From: Candidatus Omnitrophota bacterium
Lineage (GTDB): Bacteria; Omnitrophota; Gorgyraeia; JABMRN01; RBG-13-46-9
Length of the DNA: 64,000 nt
Direction: 5' to 3'
NCBI GenBank assembly: GCA_016782495.1
Contig: JADHYL010000001.1
Span: forward strand, 34,360-98,359
In this document: positions 27,343-36,965 of the stretch, one piece after another
Layout of the letters: each line of letters opens with the position of its first letter
Numbering within the stretch: the stretch's first letter is position 1
Translations under genes and position numbers: made by a program
Notes under the pieces: generated by a model
What the model saw: only the letters and a program-made list of their open reading frames with translations
What the model was told of the DNA's origin: nothing
The model's database searches: none

Positions 27343-28413
27343 CTATCCTTCTCTCCTGATTAGTTTGCGAAGCTCATCGGGATTTGTCGATTTCTGCAGA
27401 CACACCTCTGGGGTTACAGCGCCTTTGTTGTAGAGATCCGCCAGCGATTGGTTCATCGTTTTCATCCCGTCTTTCTGTGAAGTTTGTATGACCGAATATA
27501 TCTGGTGAACCTTGCTCTCGCGAATCAAGCTCCTTACAGCAGGTGTTGCCACGAGGACTTCGGTGGCAAGTACCCTGCCCGATTCCCCGGCCTTCGGCAA
27601 TAACTGTTGCGAAACTATGGCAAGGAGCACGAACGAAAGTTGCGTCTTTATCTGCTGCTGCTGGTGGGCGGGAAACACGTCAATAACCCTGTTGACGGTT
27701 TGCACGGCGTCAGAGGTATGCAGGGTGGCGAAAACGAGATGCCCCGTTTCAGCGATTATCAAAGCGCTTTCTATGGTTTCCAGGTCTCTCATCTCGCCGA
27801 TCAGGATGACGTCGGGGTCCTGTCGTAAGACGTGTTTTAAGGAATCGCCGAACGAATGCGTATCCGTGTAGACCTCTCGCTGTTCCACAAGGGCTTTTTT
27901 GTTTTTGTGCACGAATTCTATAGGATCTTCGATGGTTACGATGTGGCACTGGCTGTGGTCATTTATATAGTCTACCATCGAGGCAAGTGTCGTAGATTTT
28001 CCGCTTCCTGTCGCTCCAGTAACCAATACAAGCCCCTTTGGCTTATTACAGAGTTCCGTTACGATGTCGACAGGGAGCCCGCATTGTTCGAAATTTAAAA
28101 TATCAAAAGGAATAAGCCTTATTGCGCAACCAACCGATCCTCTCTGATAAAAGATGTTAACCCTGAATCGGGCCACATTTTTAACCTCGAAAGAAAAATC
28201 CAGCTCCCAGTCTTTCTCAAACTGCTTTATCTGTTCCGGGCTTAACAAGGCGTAGGAAGCTTGCTTTGTTTCCTCTGCGTTTAAGGGTGACTTTCCGATC
28301 GGATAAAGCTTTTCGTCAATTCTTAAATGGATCGGCGAATTCGTCGTGATGTGCATGTCAGAAGCATTCTTTTCCAGCATCATCTTTAACAAACCCTTTA
28401 TATCTATTCCCAT
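27343..28413 (-). CDS. pilT: Twitching-motility retraction ATPase PilT.
   Basis: 356 aa. Walker A VLVTGATGSGKSTTLASM, plus PilT-specific segments (VNIFYQRG, AHQQQQIKTQLS). Confidence 0.9.
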   Translation of the reverse strand: MGIDIKGLLKMMLEKNASDMHITTNSPIHLRIDEKLYPIGKSPLNAEETKQASYALLSPEQIKQFEKDWELDFSFEVKNVARFRVNIFYQRGSVGCAIRLIPFDILNFEQCGLPVDIVTELCNKPKGLVLVTGATGSGKSTTLASMVDYINDHSQCHIVTIEDPIEFVHKNKKALVEQREVYTDTHSFGDSLKHVLRQDPDVILIGEMRDLETIESALIIAETGHLVFATLHTSDAVQTVNRVIDVFPAHQQQQIKTQLSFVLLAIVSQQLLPKAGESGRVLATEVLVATPAVRSLIRESKVHQIYSVIQTSQKDGMKTMNQSLADLYNKGAVTPEVCLQKSTNPDELRKLIRREG

Positions 28414-28414
28414 A

Positions 28415-29845
28415 TTATACCCCTGCTCCTATTATTTTATTTTTTCCTTCTTCTTTGGCTTTGCCAAGCGCCGCTTGGGCCTTCTCCAAGATTTCGTTCG
28501 CGGTTGGCCCGTCAAGCGGGTTTTCGCTTACCCCGCAACTTACGGTTAGCGTATTGCCTTTTTCTTCGGATAATTGCATCTTTTCGACTCGCTTCCTGAT
28601 CTTTTCCGCAATTTGCAAGACAGCTTTTTTATTTACTTCTGGCATGATCAATGCAAAGAGATCCTTGTCAAACCTGCCGGCTTTTCCCAGCGGACCGGAA
28701 AGCTCCGTTATGAGGTGGCCGATCTTTTTCAGTGCGACCGCCGCCTGTGCCTTGCCCTTTTCGGTCTCGTATTTTTTGAAGTCATCGATATCCAGCAGGA
28801 TAAAGGAGCACGGCCTGTGAGAAATAAAGGAACGTTGTATTTCCTCATTTAGACGCCTTTTCATAAAATCCTTGTTGAACAAGCCCGTAAGCTGGTCCTT
28901 TATTTGCAGCTTTTCGGCCGTTTTCATCAGAACGTCGTTTTCGATGGCGATCGCGATCTGCTCTGTAAAAACCTTTATTATTTCCACATCGTCATTTGTA
29001 TATGTAAAGTTCTTTATCCCGTTGCCTGTGACGAGCAGGGCCTTCACATCCCTGATGGTAAACAATGGAAAGATTACTATGTTCTCGCATTTGTATTTTT
29101 CTTTAAATTCCTGGTTTTCGCGTGAGAACTTGGAGGAAGCGTCCATTACGATATGTTTTTTCTTCAGCATGGCCTTGCCCAGGAGCCCGCTTCCGCTCTC
29201 GATGGTCGCTGTTAAAAGATTTTCATTGACCAGGTTTTGAGACAGTCGCACGGTAAGCGGCTTGTCCGGCTCATCGGAAAAATAGAGCGCTGCAAATCCG
29301 CCGTCGTAAAGCTGGGCTATTTTAAGAAGTACTATCTCGATAATGCTGTCTAATTTGACGGACGAGGATATAAGCTCCCCTATTTGCAGGACATTGGATA
29401 AAACGGAAACCCTCTTTTGTATTTCCGCGTTTATCTCCTTCATCTTCTCCTGGTAATCCTTGAGATCCATTATGTTATCCCTGATTTTCTTTGTTAAGAA
29501 GTTTATCGCCTCACCAATTTCACCGATTTCGTCTTCAGTCCCAACGGGAACCTTTCTTTCAAAATTTCCCTCTCTGATGATTTTGGTCTCGAGGGCAACG
29601 TCTATAACGCGCTCGACAATTCCTTTTGCAAGAAATAGCCCCAGCCAGGCGATCGCGATGGAGAAAAGAACCATCGTGCTTATCTGGCCGAGCGAAATCT
29701 CCCCGTCAAATAATATGAAATTGTTTACTATGTACCCGATAACAAGGAGCGGTATTACCGACATTAAGCTAAACGCTATCAATAATTTATAGCGTAGCCC
29801 ATAGGGCAAAAGCGAAAGTCTCTTTAAAAAACTTTTTTCTTTCAT
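28415..29845 (-). CDS. Membrane-anchored HAMP-GAF-GGDEF-like protein with a degenerate GGDEF site. Putative regulator.
   Basis: Two N-terminal transmembrane helices and a HAMP-like linker, then a GAF-like middle region. The C-terminal GGDEF fold starts KDQLTGLFNKDF...ILLDIDDFK, but the signature motif reads AGRFDKDLFALIMPE where RYGG(D/E)EFxxLLP is expected. Confidence 0.7.
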   Translation of the reverse strand: MKEKSFLKRLSLLPYGLRYKLLIAFSLMSVIPLLVIGYIVNNFILFDGEISLGQISTMVLFSIAIAWLGLFLAKGIVERVIDVALETKIIREGNFERKVPVGTEDEIGEIGEAINFLTKKIRDNIMDLKDYQEKMKEINAEIQKRVSVLSNVLQIGELISSSVKLDSIIEIVLLKIAQLYDGGFAALYFSDEPDKPLTVRLSQNLVNENLLTATIESGSGLLGKAMLKKKHIVMDASSKFSRENQEFKEKYKCENIVIFPLFTIRDVKALLVTGNGIKNFTYTNDDVEIIKVFTEQIAIAIENDVLMKTAEKLQIKDQLTGLFNKDFMKRRLNEEIQRSFISHRPCSFILLDIDDFKKYETEKGKAQAAVALKKIGHLITELSGPLGKAGRFDKDLFALIMPEVNKKAVLQIAEKIRKRVEKMQLSEEKGNTLTVSCGVSENPLDGPTANEILEKAQAALGKAKEEGKNKIIGAGV

Positions 29846-29908
29846 AACATCCCACCTCTTTTTAGTTCGGCAAGTGATTTAAGCCAACCGTCAAACCACA
29901 ACGCATTA

Positions 29909-29937
29909 AGTATACTTGACAGGAATTATTTTGTCAA
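29909..29937 (-). promoter_or_regulatory. Sigma70-like promoter for the GGDEF-pilT-mshEN-pilB-pilB-pilC operon. Minus strand reads TTGACA, a 17-nt spacer, then TATACT. The spacer ends in TGTCAA, forming a palindrome with the -35 box.
   Basis: Minus strand reads TTGACAAAATAATTCCTGTCAAGTATACT. Followed by the ribosome-binding site AAAAAGAGGTGG before the ATG at 29845. Confidence 0.45.
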
Positions 29938-29953
29938 TATAGTGGTAATGGAG

Positions 29954-31024
29954 TTAAAACAGGGGCCTTCGCATTCCGATATTCAGCAAGATACCGATAT
30001 ACGTCAAGGTTGTTATGAGGCTGGAACCGCCGTAGCTTATAAGAGGCAAGGTAAGACCCACGATAGGCAAAAACCCTATCGTCATACCTATATTTATAAG
30101 AACCTGAAGCGCAAAAAGGGTCACAAACCCCGTAGCAATCAACTTGCCGTTTATATCAGGTGTTGCCTCGATTATCTTTGTCCCCCTGTACGCGATTGTG
30201 GCATATAAGAGAATTAAAATGAACGCCCCTAAAAACCCCCATTCCTCACCTACTACGGAAAATATAAAGTCCGTGTGTCTTTCGGGCAGGAAATTCAGCT
30301 GATTTTGCGTACCGCTGAGCCATCCCTTACCGAGAAGTCCGCCCGAACCGACAGCGATTTTGGACTGAATTATCGTGTAACCTGAACCGAGAGGATCGAT
30401 GTTAGGATTTATGAATACGATGAGTCTCTGCTTTTGATAATCTTTTAAAAAATGCCAGAAAAACGGAAGGCCGCATAAGCCAAGCGAGGTTATCCCGATG
30501 AGGTGGCGCAGCTTCGCGCCGGCAGCGAAAAGCACAGCAAGCGTTATCGGTATTAAAAGAAGTGCCGTCCCGAGGTCCGGTTCGATGAGAATGAGAAAAA
30601 ATGCAGGCAGCACCAGGCAAAGAACGCCGAACAAGAATCGGACCTGCGTAACTTCGTTTTTCCGCTTGCCAATATAAGAAGAAAGTGCCAGAACCAGTGT
30701 TATTTTGGCAAGCTCCGATGGTTGAAAATTGAACACGCCGAGGCTTATCCAGCGATGCGCACCACCCCTGGCCTTTCCAAAAAATAATACAAGGATAAGA
30801 AAAAATATGCTTATTCCGTAGAGGAGATATGAAATGCTCCCGAGTCTTTGATAATTGACGCGCAAAACAATGCAAAAAAGAACGCCGCCTAAAAAAATCC
30901 AGGATAATTGCCGAAGGATAACGTTCTGGGAATCATATCTGCTGGAAGCGCTATAGAGCGTTGCCAATCCTATTAAAAGTATCGCTATAACGGAAAAAAA
31001 TAAAGCCTTGTCAAATCGGTTCAT
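29954..31024 (-). CDS. rodA: SEDS-family peptidoglycan glycosyltransferase RodA.
   Basis: 356 aa of the FtsW/RodA/SpoVE family. Sits downstream of mrdA in the mre operon. Confidence 0.85.
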   Translation of the reverse strand: MNRFDKALFFSVIAILLIGLATLYSASSRYDSQNVILRQLSWIFLGGVLFCIVLRVNYQRLGSISYLLYGISIFFLILVLFFGKARGGAHRWISLGVFNFQPSELAKITLVLALSSYIGKRKNEVTQVRFLFGVLCLVLPAFFLILIEPDLGTALLLIPITLAVLFAAGAKLRHLIGITSLGLCGLPFFWHFLKDYQKQRLIVFINPNIDPLGSGYTIIQSKIAVGSGGLLGKGWLSGTQNQLNFLPERHTDFIFSVVGEEWGFLGAFILILLYATIAYRGTKIIEATPDINGKLIATGFVTLFALQVLINIGMTIGFLPIVGLTLPLISYGGSSLITTLTYIGILLNIGMRRPLF

Positions 31025-32742
31025 AGCAATTCAAGCCTTTTAGCTTCCTCTATAATGTTTTTGGCAAAACGCGCCGGATCGAGTCCACCCTTTCCTCCAT
31101 GCTCGATAAAGACCACTATCGAGAGCCGTGGATTTTCAAAAGGCGCAAATCCCGTAAACCACGCATGAGACGTACCCTTCGGGTTTTGAGCCGTACCTGT
31201 CTTTCCCGATATAACAGTATCTTTTGATCTCGCGTATAGACCTGTGCCCCGGCGGGCGTTTACAACGTCTCGCAGCGCCTCTTTCACGATCGTCAAAGTT
31301 TCTTTTTTCAATCCCATGCTCCGCGGCCCGGCATGCTGCAACCGTACATCCTCTATTCTTTCAACCACAAAAGGATGTACGAGTTTTCCTCCGTTGGCTA
31401 TTGCGGCGACAGCGCGCACGACCTGTATAGGGGTGACCAATAAATACCCCTGGCCTATCGCGTAGTTTGCCGTTTCGCCCTTAAACCATGGCTGTCTTAA
31501 GTTTTTTCTTTTCCACGCCGGGGTCGGAACGAAACCGTTTGCCTCGCCCGGAATATCTATCCCTGTGGGTTTACCGAACCCGAACCGAAATGCGTACCTA
31601 GATATGCCATCCGGACCGACCAAGATTCCCAACTGATAGAAAAACACATTGCATGAAGCCTTTATTCCCTCGTTTATGCTGATAACACCGTGCCCCTTTT
31701 CCCTCCAGCAGCGAAAACGCCTGTTTCCCACCATGATACTGCCTTCGCAGGTAAGCGTTCTTTTATTGTCAAAGCAGCCTTCATTCAAAGCGGCGCTGGC
31801 AATAATTATTTTAAAAACGCTTCCCGGCGGATATAAACCGCTTATGGCACGGTTAAGCATGGGGTAAGTAGTCGAGTTATTTAAAAGGGCTGTTACATTT
31901 TTAGAATTGTTCCGCTTGACGAATATGTTTGGATCAAAATCGGGGTGGCTCGTAATCGCCAGGATTGCGCCGGTTTGAGGGTCCATCGCAACAATAGCGC
32001 CTCTCTTCTCGGCAAGCAGAGAATCGCAGAATTTCTGAAGCTCAATATCAATGCTTAGATGGAGATCCCTGCCTGATTGTGGCTCTTTTATCGCGAGGAT
32101 ACAAAGTTCGCGCCCCCTTGAATCTACTTCTACCTGCAGGCCACCGTCCACACCTCGCAGGTAATCGTTGTAGCTTCGCTCGATTCCGTCCTTTCCGACG
32201 AAATCCCGCATGCGGTATCCGTAAGTTCTATACTTGTCCAGTTCTTCTTCGCTGATCTTCCCGAGATACCCTGTTATGCGTGAAAGAGAGTTCTTGTATA
32301 TGTAATTCCGCAAGGGCCTGGTGGTTACAATTACTCCCGGCACCTCCAATGCTATTTCCTCTATCTGGATGGCTTTATGTTTTTCAATGTCTTCGATTAT
32401 TTTTACGGGGATGAAAGGGCGCCGGCGGGCCTTTTCTATCCTTAGAGACAGCACCTGCCGATCCACATAAGCAATATCGCTGAGTAGATCGATTACCCCT
32501 TCGACATCTTTTATCTCCTGAAAGATGACCTCGACGTCGAAAGATATCCTGTTGTTTACAAGGAGCCTGCCTTTTCGGTCATATATTTTTCCACGCGGCG
32601 CTTCAAGGGGCAGTACCCTCACCCTGTTTTTCTCCGAGAGCTTTTCGTATACATCGCGTTGCAACACCTGCGTATAAAAAAGCCCCAACGTGAGAACGGC
32701 AAAGAAAAAGAGGATTACCCTGGTAAATATCCTATTTCGCAT
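31021..32742 (-). CDS. mrdA: Penicillin-binding protein 2 (elongasome transpeptidase).
   Basis: Transmembrane anchor, PBP dimerisation domain, and the transpeptidase motifs SVFK, SCN and KTGT. Confidence 0.88.
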   Translation of the reverse strand: MRNRIFTRVILFFFAVLTLGLFYTQVLQRDVYEKLSEKNRVRVLPLEAPRGKIYDRKGRLLVNNRISFDVEVIFQEIKDVEGVIDLLSDIAYVDRQVLSLRIEKARRRPFIPVKIIEDIEKHKAIQIEEIALEVPGVIVTTRPLRNYIYKNSLSRITGYLGKISEEELDKYRTYGYRMRDFVGKDGIERSYNDYLRGVDGGLQVEVDSRGRELCILAIKEPQSGRDLHLSIDIELQKFCDSLLAEKRGAIVAMDPQTGAILAITSHPDFDPNIFVKRNNSKNVTALLNNSTTYPMLNRAISGLYPPGSVFKIIIASAALNEGCFDNKRTLTCEGSIMVGNRRFRCWREKGHGVISINEGIKASCNVFFYQLGILVGPDGISRYAFRFGFGKPTGIDIPGEANGFVPTPAWKRKNLRQPWFKGETANYAIGQGYLLVTPIQVVRAVAAIANGGKLVHPFVVERIEDVRLQHAGPRSMGLKKETLTIVKEALRDVVNARRGTGLYARSKDTVISGKTGTAQNPKGTSHAWFTGFAPFENPRLSIVVFIEHGGKGGLDPARFAKNIIEEAKRLELL

Positions 32743-32747
32743 ACATG

Positions 32748-33239
32748 CTATGTTTCTTTAGGGCTGAAAACCAACGTAAAAATAAAAAATAGAAAAGGGG
32801 CAAAGATAGCCGTATACAATCCTTTGTACAATACAACCTTCCAAAAACCCGTGCCAATATCGTTTTTTACGATTTCAGCAAGATATAAAAAATATACGCT
32901 TGAAAGAATAAGTACCGATAACATTGAAAACGTAAACTGTGTGATGAAATTCTCTTTGATTAGCTTGTTTTTTAAAAAACCCGCCAGAAAACCTATAGCG
33001 ATAAACGAGAAAATGTTGATTCCAAAACCGGTTATACTGAATACATCTTTTAAAATTCCGGATACAAGTCCCGCCTCCATGCCGCGGGCTATTCCGAAAT
33101 GAAAGCCAAAAAATACAGTAAAAATCAATAATAGTTCGGGCCTTGTTCCAAAAATCGCCAAATTCTTAAAAACCGCGATCTCTATGACGAGAAGCATAAA
33201 AAGAGTCGCGTATATTTTTATTCTGTTAATATTTTTCAT
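32748..33239 (-). CDS. mreD: Rod shape-determining protein MreD.
   Basis: 163-aa polytopic membrane protein in the MreD position. Confidence 0.7.
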   Translation of the reverse strand: MKNINRIKIYATLFMLLVIEIAVFKNLAIFGTRPELLLIFTVFFGFHFGIARGMEAGLVSGILKDVFSITGFGINIFSFIAIGFLAGFLKNKLIKENFITQFTFSMLSVLILSSVYFLYLAEIVKNDIGTGFWKVVLYKGLYTAIFAPFLFFIFTLVFSPKET

Positions 33240-34020
33240 GTCCGAGCGTATCGATACAGATAATTTCTTCGATTTTGTTCATATCTTCAAAAAGGTCTAC
33301 GATTGCATATTTATATAGTTTTGTCTTCTCAACACCCGTAGAGATAACCTCGCCTATCAATAAGCCCTTCGGGAAAAATGTGCTGAAACCCGCAGTTAAA
33401 ATCTTCTCGCCTTTATCGATTTTCGCGTCAACCGAAAGATATATAACCTTGCAGCTTCCCTGCGGCGAACCGATCAAAACACCGCTCTCGCGGGAAGACT
33501 CGAGTATTACCCCTACCTTTGAGTTAGGGTCGTTTATCAAAATAACCTTGCTTGAGCTTGAACCGACCTCCACTACGCTACCGATAAACCCCTTCGCTGT
33601 CGCGCAAGGCATGCGCTGTCTGATACCATCTTTTTTACCCTTGTTTATAATTATCGACTTTCTCCAATCCGTGGAATCGCGTCCGATGACTTTTGCAGCA
33701 ACACTCTTAAATCGCACATTTCTTTTAAAATCCAAAAGCGCCTGGAGCCTTTTGTTCTCGTAAGCCGTATCATCCAATCTTGCCAGTAGAACCGAAAGCG
33801 TGGCTAGGCGTTGTTTTAAGCGCAAATTCTTCTCGGAAAGTTCGTTGATTTTGGTAAAGTGGGTTTTTATGCTGGTGAGGAATTTGAAGGGTTTGGCCAG
33901 GGTGTTAAAAGCAAAACCTCTGAGTGAGAGAAAGATTTTCGGATTAAATGCGATGATAGCAATGATTACAATAACAAGAAGTAGTCTGGCGGGAAATTTT
34001 CTTATCCTATATTTTCGCAA
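33226..34020 (-). CDS. mreC: Rod shape-determining protein MreC.
   Basis: N-terminal transmembrane helix, a coiled-coil, and beta-domains (GIRQRMPCATAKGFIGSVVEV). Confidence 0.85.
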   Translation of the reverse strand: MRKYRIRKFPARLLLVIVIIAIIAFNPKIFLSLRGFAFNTLAKPFKFLTSIKTHFTKINELSEKNLRLKQRLATLSVLLARLDDTAYENKRLQALLDFKRNVRFKSVAAKVIGRDSTDWRKSIIINKGKKDGIRQRMPCATAKGFIGSVVEVGSSSSKVILINDPNSKVGVILESSRESGVLIGSPQGSCKVIYLSVDAKIDKGEKILTAGFSTFFPKGLLIGEVISTGVEKTKLYKYAIVDLFEDMNKIEEIICIDTLGHEKY

Positions 34021-34039
34021 CTTAAACCGGAGGAGTCTC

Positions 34040-35113
34040 TTATCTCTCTACTTTCGGGCTTACAGAAAGTCTTTTAAGATATTTTATTTCACTAAGTACC
34101 TTACCGGTACCCAACACAACGGCCGTCAGGGGATCTTCGGCGATATGAACTGGTAAGCCTGTCTCTTCGGAGATAAGTTTATCCAGGCCTCGGAGGAGCG
34201 AGGCGGCGCCTGCCAGGATAAGCCCTTTCTCCATAAGATCAGCTGAAAGTTCGGGTGGGGTCCTCTCCAGCGTTATTCTGATAGCTTCGATAATTTGAGC
34301 AATGGGTTCTGCGAGTGCTTCCCTTATCTCCTCACTGGAAACCGTAATCATCTTCGGGAGCCCTGCTATAAGATCCCTCCCCCTTACTTCCAGGGTAAGC
34401 TCTTCGTCTAGAGGATAGGCTGAACCTATTTTAATTTTTATGTCTTCTGCGGTACGCTCGCCGATCATAAGATTGTATGTCTTCTTCAAATAATTTGTAA
34501 TTGCCTCATCCATCTCGTCACCCGCGATTCGTATCGATTTTGAAAAGACTACGCCTGCCAGCGATATTACTGCCATCTCGGTAGTTCCGCCGCCTATGTC
34601 GATTACCATGCTGCCCGAAGGTTCTTGTATGGGTAAACCCACACCTATCGCAGCCGCAATCGGCTCTTCCACCATGAATACTTCCCGCGCGCCTGCGTGC
34701 AATGCCGAATCTTTGACGGCTCTTTTTTCTACCTCGGTGATGCCTGACGGAATCGCAATAACCATCCTAGGCCTTACAAGGCGCCTGGAATTGTGCACCT
34801 TTTTTATAAAATATCTGAGCATCGCCTCGGTAATCTCGAAGTCGGCGATTACGCCGTTTCGCATGGGCCGGATCGCCACGATGCTTCCAGGGGTCCTTCC
34901 CAGCATCCTTTTTGCTTCTTCTCCGACAGCAAGGACGTTTGAAGTGCCGGCTTGGACTGCAACGACCGAGGGCTCGCAAAGAACGATCCCCTGGCCGCTT
35001 ATGTAAACGAGTGTGGTAGCGGTACCTAGGTCGATACCCATGTCGTTGGAAAAAAGACCCAATAAACTATTGAAACCTTTAGAAATGAGTTCTTTTAATC
35101 TGGTAAGATCCAT
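34040..35113 (-). CDS. mreB: Actin homologue MreB.
   Basis: [14 protein letters not shown]...; 357 aa. Strongly MreB-like. Confidence 0.95.
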   Translation of the reverse strand: MDLTRLKELISKGFNSLLGLFSNDMGIDLGTATTLVYISGQGIVLCEPSVVAVQAGTSNVLAVGEEAKRMLGRTPGSIVAIRPMRNGVIADFEITEAMLRYFIKKVHNSRRLVRPRMVIAIPSGITEVEKRAVKDSALHAGAREVFMVEEPIAAAIGVGLPIQEPSGSMVIDIGGGTTEMAVISLAGVVFSKSIRIAGDEMDEAITNYLKKTYNLMIGERTAEDIKIKIGSAYPLDEELTLEVRGRDLIAGLPKMITVSSEEIREALAEPIAQIIEAIRITLERTPPELSADLMEKGLILAGAASLLRGLDKLISEETGLPVHIAEDPLTAVVLGTGKVLSEIKYLKRLSVSPKVER

Positions 35114-35137
35114 ATTACCCCATTTGTTTATTGTATA

Positions 35138-35166
35138 ATACTATCAAAGCATCTCTTATTTGTCAA
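35138..35166 (-). promoter_or_regulatory. Sigma70-like promoter for the mreB operon. Minus strand reads TTGACA, a 17-nt spacer, then TAGTAT.
   Basis: Minus strand reads TTGACAAATAAGAGATGCTTTGATAGTAT, about 25 nt upstream of the mreB ATG. Confidence 0.45.
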
Positions 35167-35174
35167 ATTGTTTT

Positions 35175-36965
35175 TTATTTGAGGATTATACTATTTTTAA
35201 TTTTGTCTTGGGTAATAGTATAAGCTTCTGATTCAGCCGAAAAATTTTCCAGGATATACCGGTATGCGCGACGCGCAGCCTCGTAATCCCCGGCCCCTTC
35301 ACAGGCTGTGGCAATCCTGAGCCACGCCATGGATTTATGTTTCTCGGTTTTGGCGCGCTTTAACATCCTTTCATATACGCCGACGGCATCTTTATATTTT
35401 TCCTCTAGCATTAAAAGTTGCCCGAGATTTAAATAAGCTGTAAAATAATCGGGATTTTTTCTTATTATTTTTTCAAAAAGAACCCTGGCCCTTTCACGCT
35501 CTCCCCCGAGGGCCCTTACCAGCGCAATCGTATTTGAAAGTTCCGGCCTTTGGGGTTCAATAAGAAGGCCCTTTTCGGCGACGGCGAGGGCCTCGCCGGG
35601 TTTCATCGTTTCGAAATAAAGTTTGCTCAAATTTATATATGCTGGCACAAAGTTTTTATCAAGCCGTATGGCCTTTTTGTATTCTTTTTCGGCTTCGGGA
35701 AATTTGTCATTACCACTTTCGTAATGCGCCCGGCCTAGGTTGTTATGCAGGCGCGCGTTTAAGGGCTCTTTTTTTATATCATTTTCAAATAACGCAAGTT
35801 CCGTCTTCCAGTCTCTGTTTCGCTCGATCGTGGCAAAAGAGGCCCCTACGATAATTACCGCAAAGGAAGCGAAAAGAAGAACTTGGTTCTTTAGGATGTG
35901 GCTTAAAAATATCCCGGTTAGCGTGGTAACGGCAATACCCGGAAGATAAAGAAATCTCTCTGCTACAAGAATTTTTATCGGTATGATGTTGCTTACCGGT
36001 AAAAGCGTAATAAAAAACCACGCGATGAAAAAGGCAACCGCCCCATTGCGCTTCACAAAATTTACAAAAGCGACCAGCGATAGAATTAAAAAACCCACTC
36101 CTCCTAAAAAGTAAGGATTTGCCGGTGATGGAACTACGGAAATCAGATGATCCGAGCACAACCGTATCGGAAATAGCATAAAGCGCGCGTATGTCAGGAA
36201 AATTTTGGGGACCGTGAGGAGGTTGATAAAGGGGTTGCCGCTCCAATAAGAACACTGCGCGACCTTGCCGAGAATCGCATAGCGGCCTAATAAGTATGCC
36301 GCAAGTAGCGCAAAGAAAGGCAGCCAAGCGATATAGGCCTTGCCGCTATTTTTTTTTCTGCGAATGAAAATAACATCATATAAAACAATAAGCAAGGGAA
36401 ATGTAGCTGCGGTTTCCTTCGAAAGAAGCGCTCCTGCAAAACCAAAAAGCGAAAATAAATAGTAGGGTTGCGTATTTTCACGCGCTCTCCATCCCATGTA
36501 AAACAAAAACGCACCAAGATAAAAAAAGAGAAAAAGGACGTTTGACCTCCCGGAAATCCACGTTACTGCTTCTGTCTGGATGGGGTGAACGGCGAACAAC
36601 AAAGCTGCGAAGGCCGCTGGTATTCTTTTCCGCACAATCTTTTCGACCAGAAAAAATACAAGGATCGCATTTGCGATGTGTAAAAGTATATTCGTCAGAT
36701 GATACCCGAATGTGCTTAACCCCCAAAGGGAATAATCAATCGCATAGGAAAGCGTTACAAAAGGCCGGTAATTCTCAAAAGCGAGTGTTCCCGCAGCAAG
36801 GGTTTGCGGTTCAGTAAAAAAAGTTCGCAAGGCGCGAAGACTGCGGATGGCAGGGTTGTTATTGACATATGAACGGTCATCCCAGACAAAATCTCCGTCA
36901 AGTGAATTAAGGTAACAAAAAACGCCTGCGGCTATTATTAAAAATATTACCGTCGTCTTTGTCAT
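35175..36965 (-). CDS. Second GT-C family (PMT/ArnT/TMTC-like) membrane glycosyltransferase with C-terminal TPR repeats, 596 aa. Paralog of 19584-21620.
   Basis: N-terminus LDGDFVWDDRSY...ENYRPFVTLSYAIDYSLWGLSTFGYHLTNILLHIANAILVFFLV is nearly identical in motif content to the first paralog. TPR-like repeats at the C-terminus. The start overlaps the aroA stop by 4 nt. Confidence 0.75.
   Translation of the reverse strand: MTKTTVIFLIIAAGVFCYLNSLDGDFVWDDRSYVNNNPAIRSLRALRTFFTEPQTLAAGTLAFENYRPFVTLSYAIDYSLWGLSTFGYHLTNILLHIANAILVFFLVEKIVRKRIPAAFAALLFAVHPIQTEAVTWISGRSNVLFLFFYLGAFLFYMGWRARENTQPYYLFSLFGFAGALLSKETAATFPLLIVLYDVIFIRRKKNSGKAYIAWLPFFALLAAYLLGRYAILGKVAQCSYWSGNPFINLLTVPKIFLTYARFMLFPIRLCSDHLISVVPSPANPYFLGGVGFLILSLVAFVNFVKRNGAVAFFIAWFFITLLPVSNIIPIKILVAERFLYLPGIAVTTLTGIFLSHILKNQVLLFASFAVIIVGASFATIERNRDWKTELALFENDIKKEPLNARLHNNLGRAHYESGNDKFPEAEKEYKKAIRLDKNFVPAYINLSKLYFETMKPGEALAVAEKGLLIEPQRPELSNTIALVRALGGERERARVLFEKIIRKNPDYFTAYLNLGQLLMLEEKYKDAVGVYERMLKRAKTEKHKSMAWLRIATACEGAGDYEAARRAYRYILENFSAESEAYTITQDKIKNSIILK

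Noticed and set aside
30402-30875. A 157-aa minus-strand ORF inside rodA, and a 180-aa ORF at 35785-36327 inside the second GT-C gene.
   Set aside because: These are alternative frames of the same strand within strongly supported genes. They are Arg/Cys-rich junk translations.
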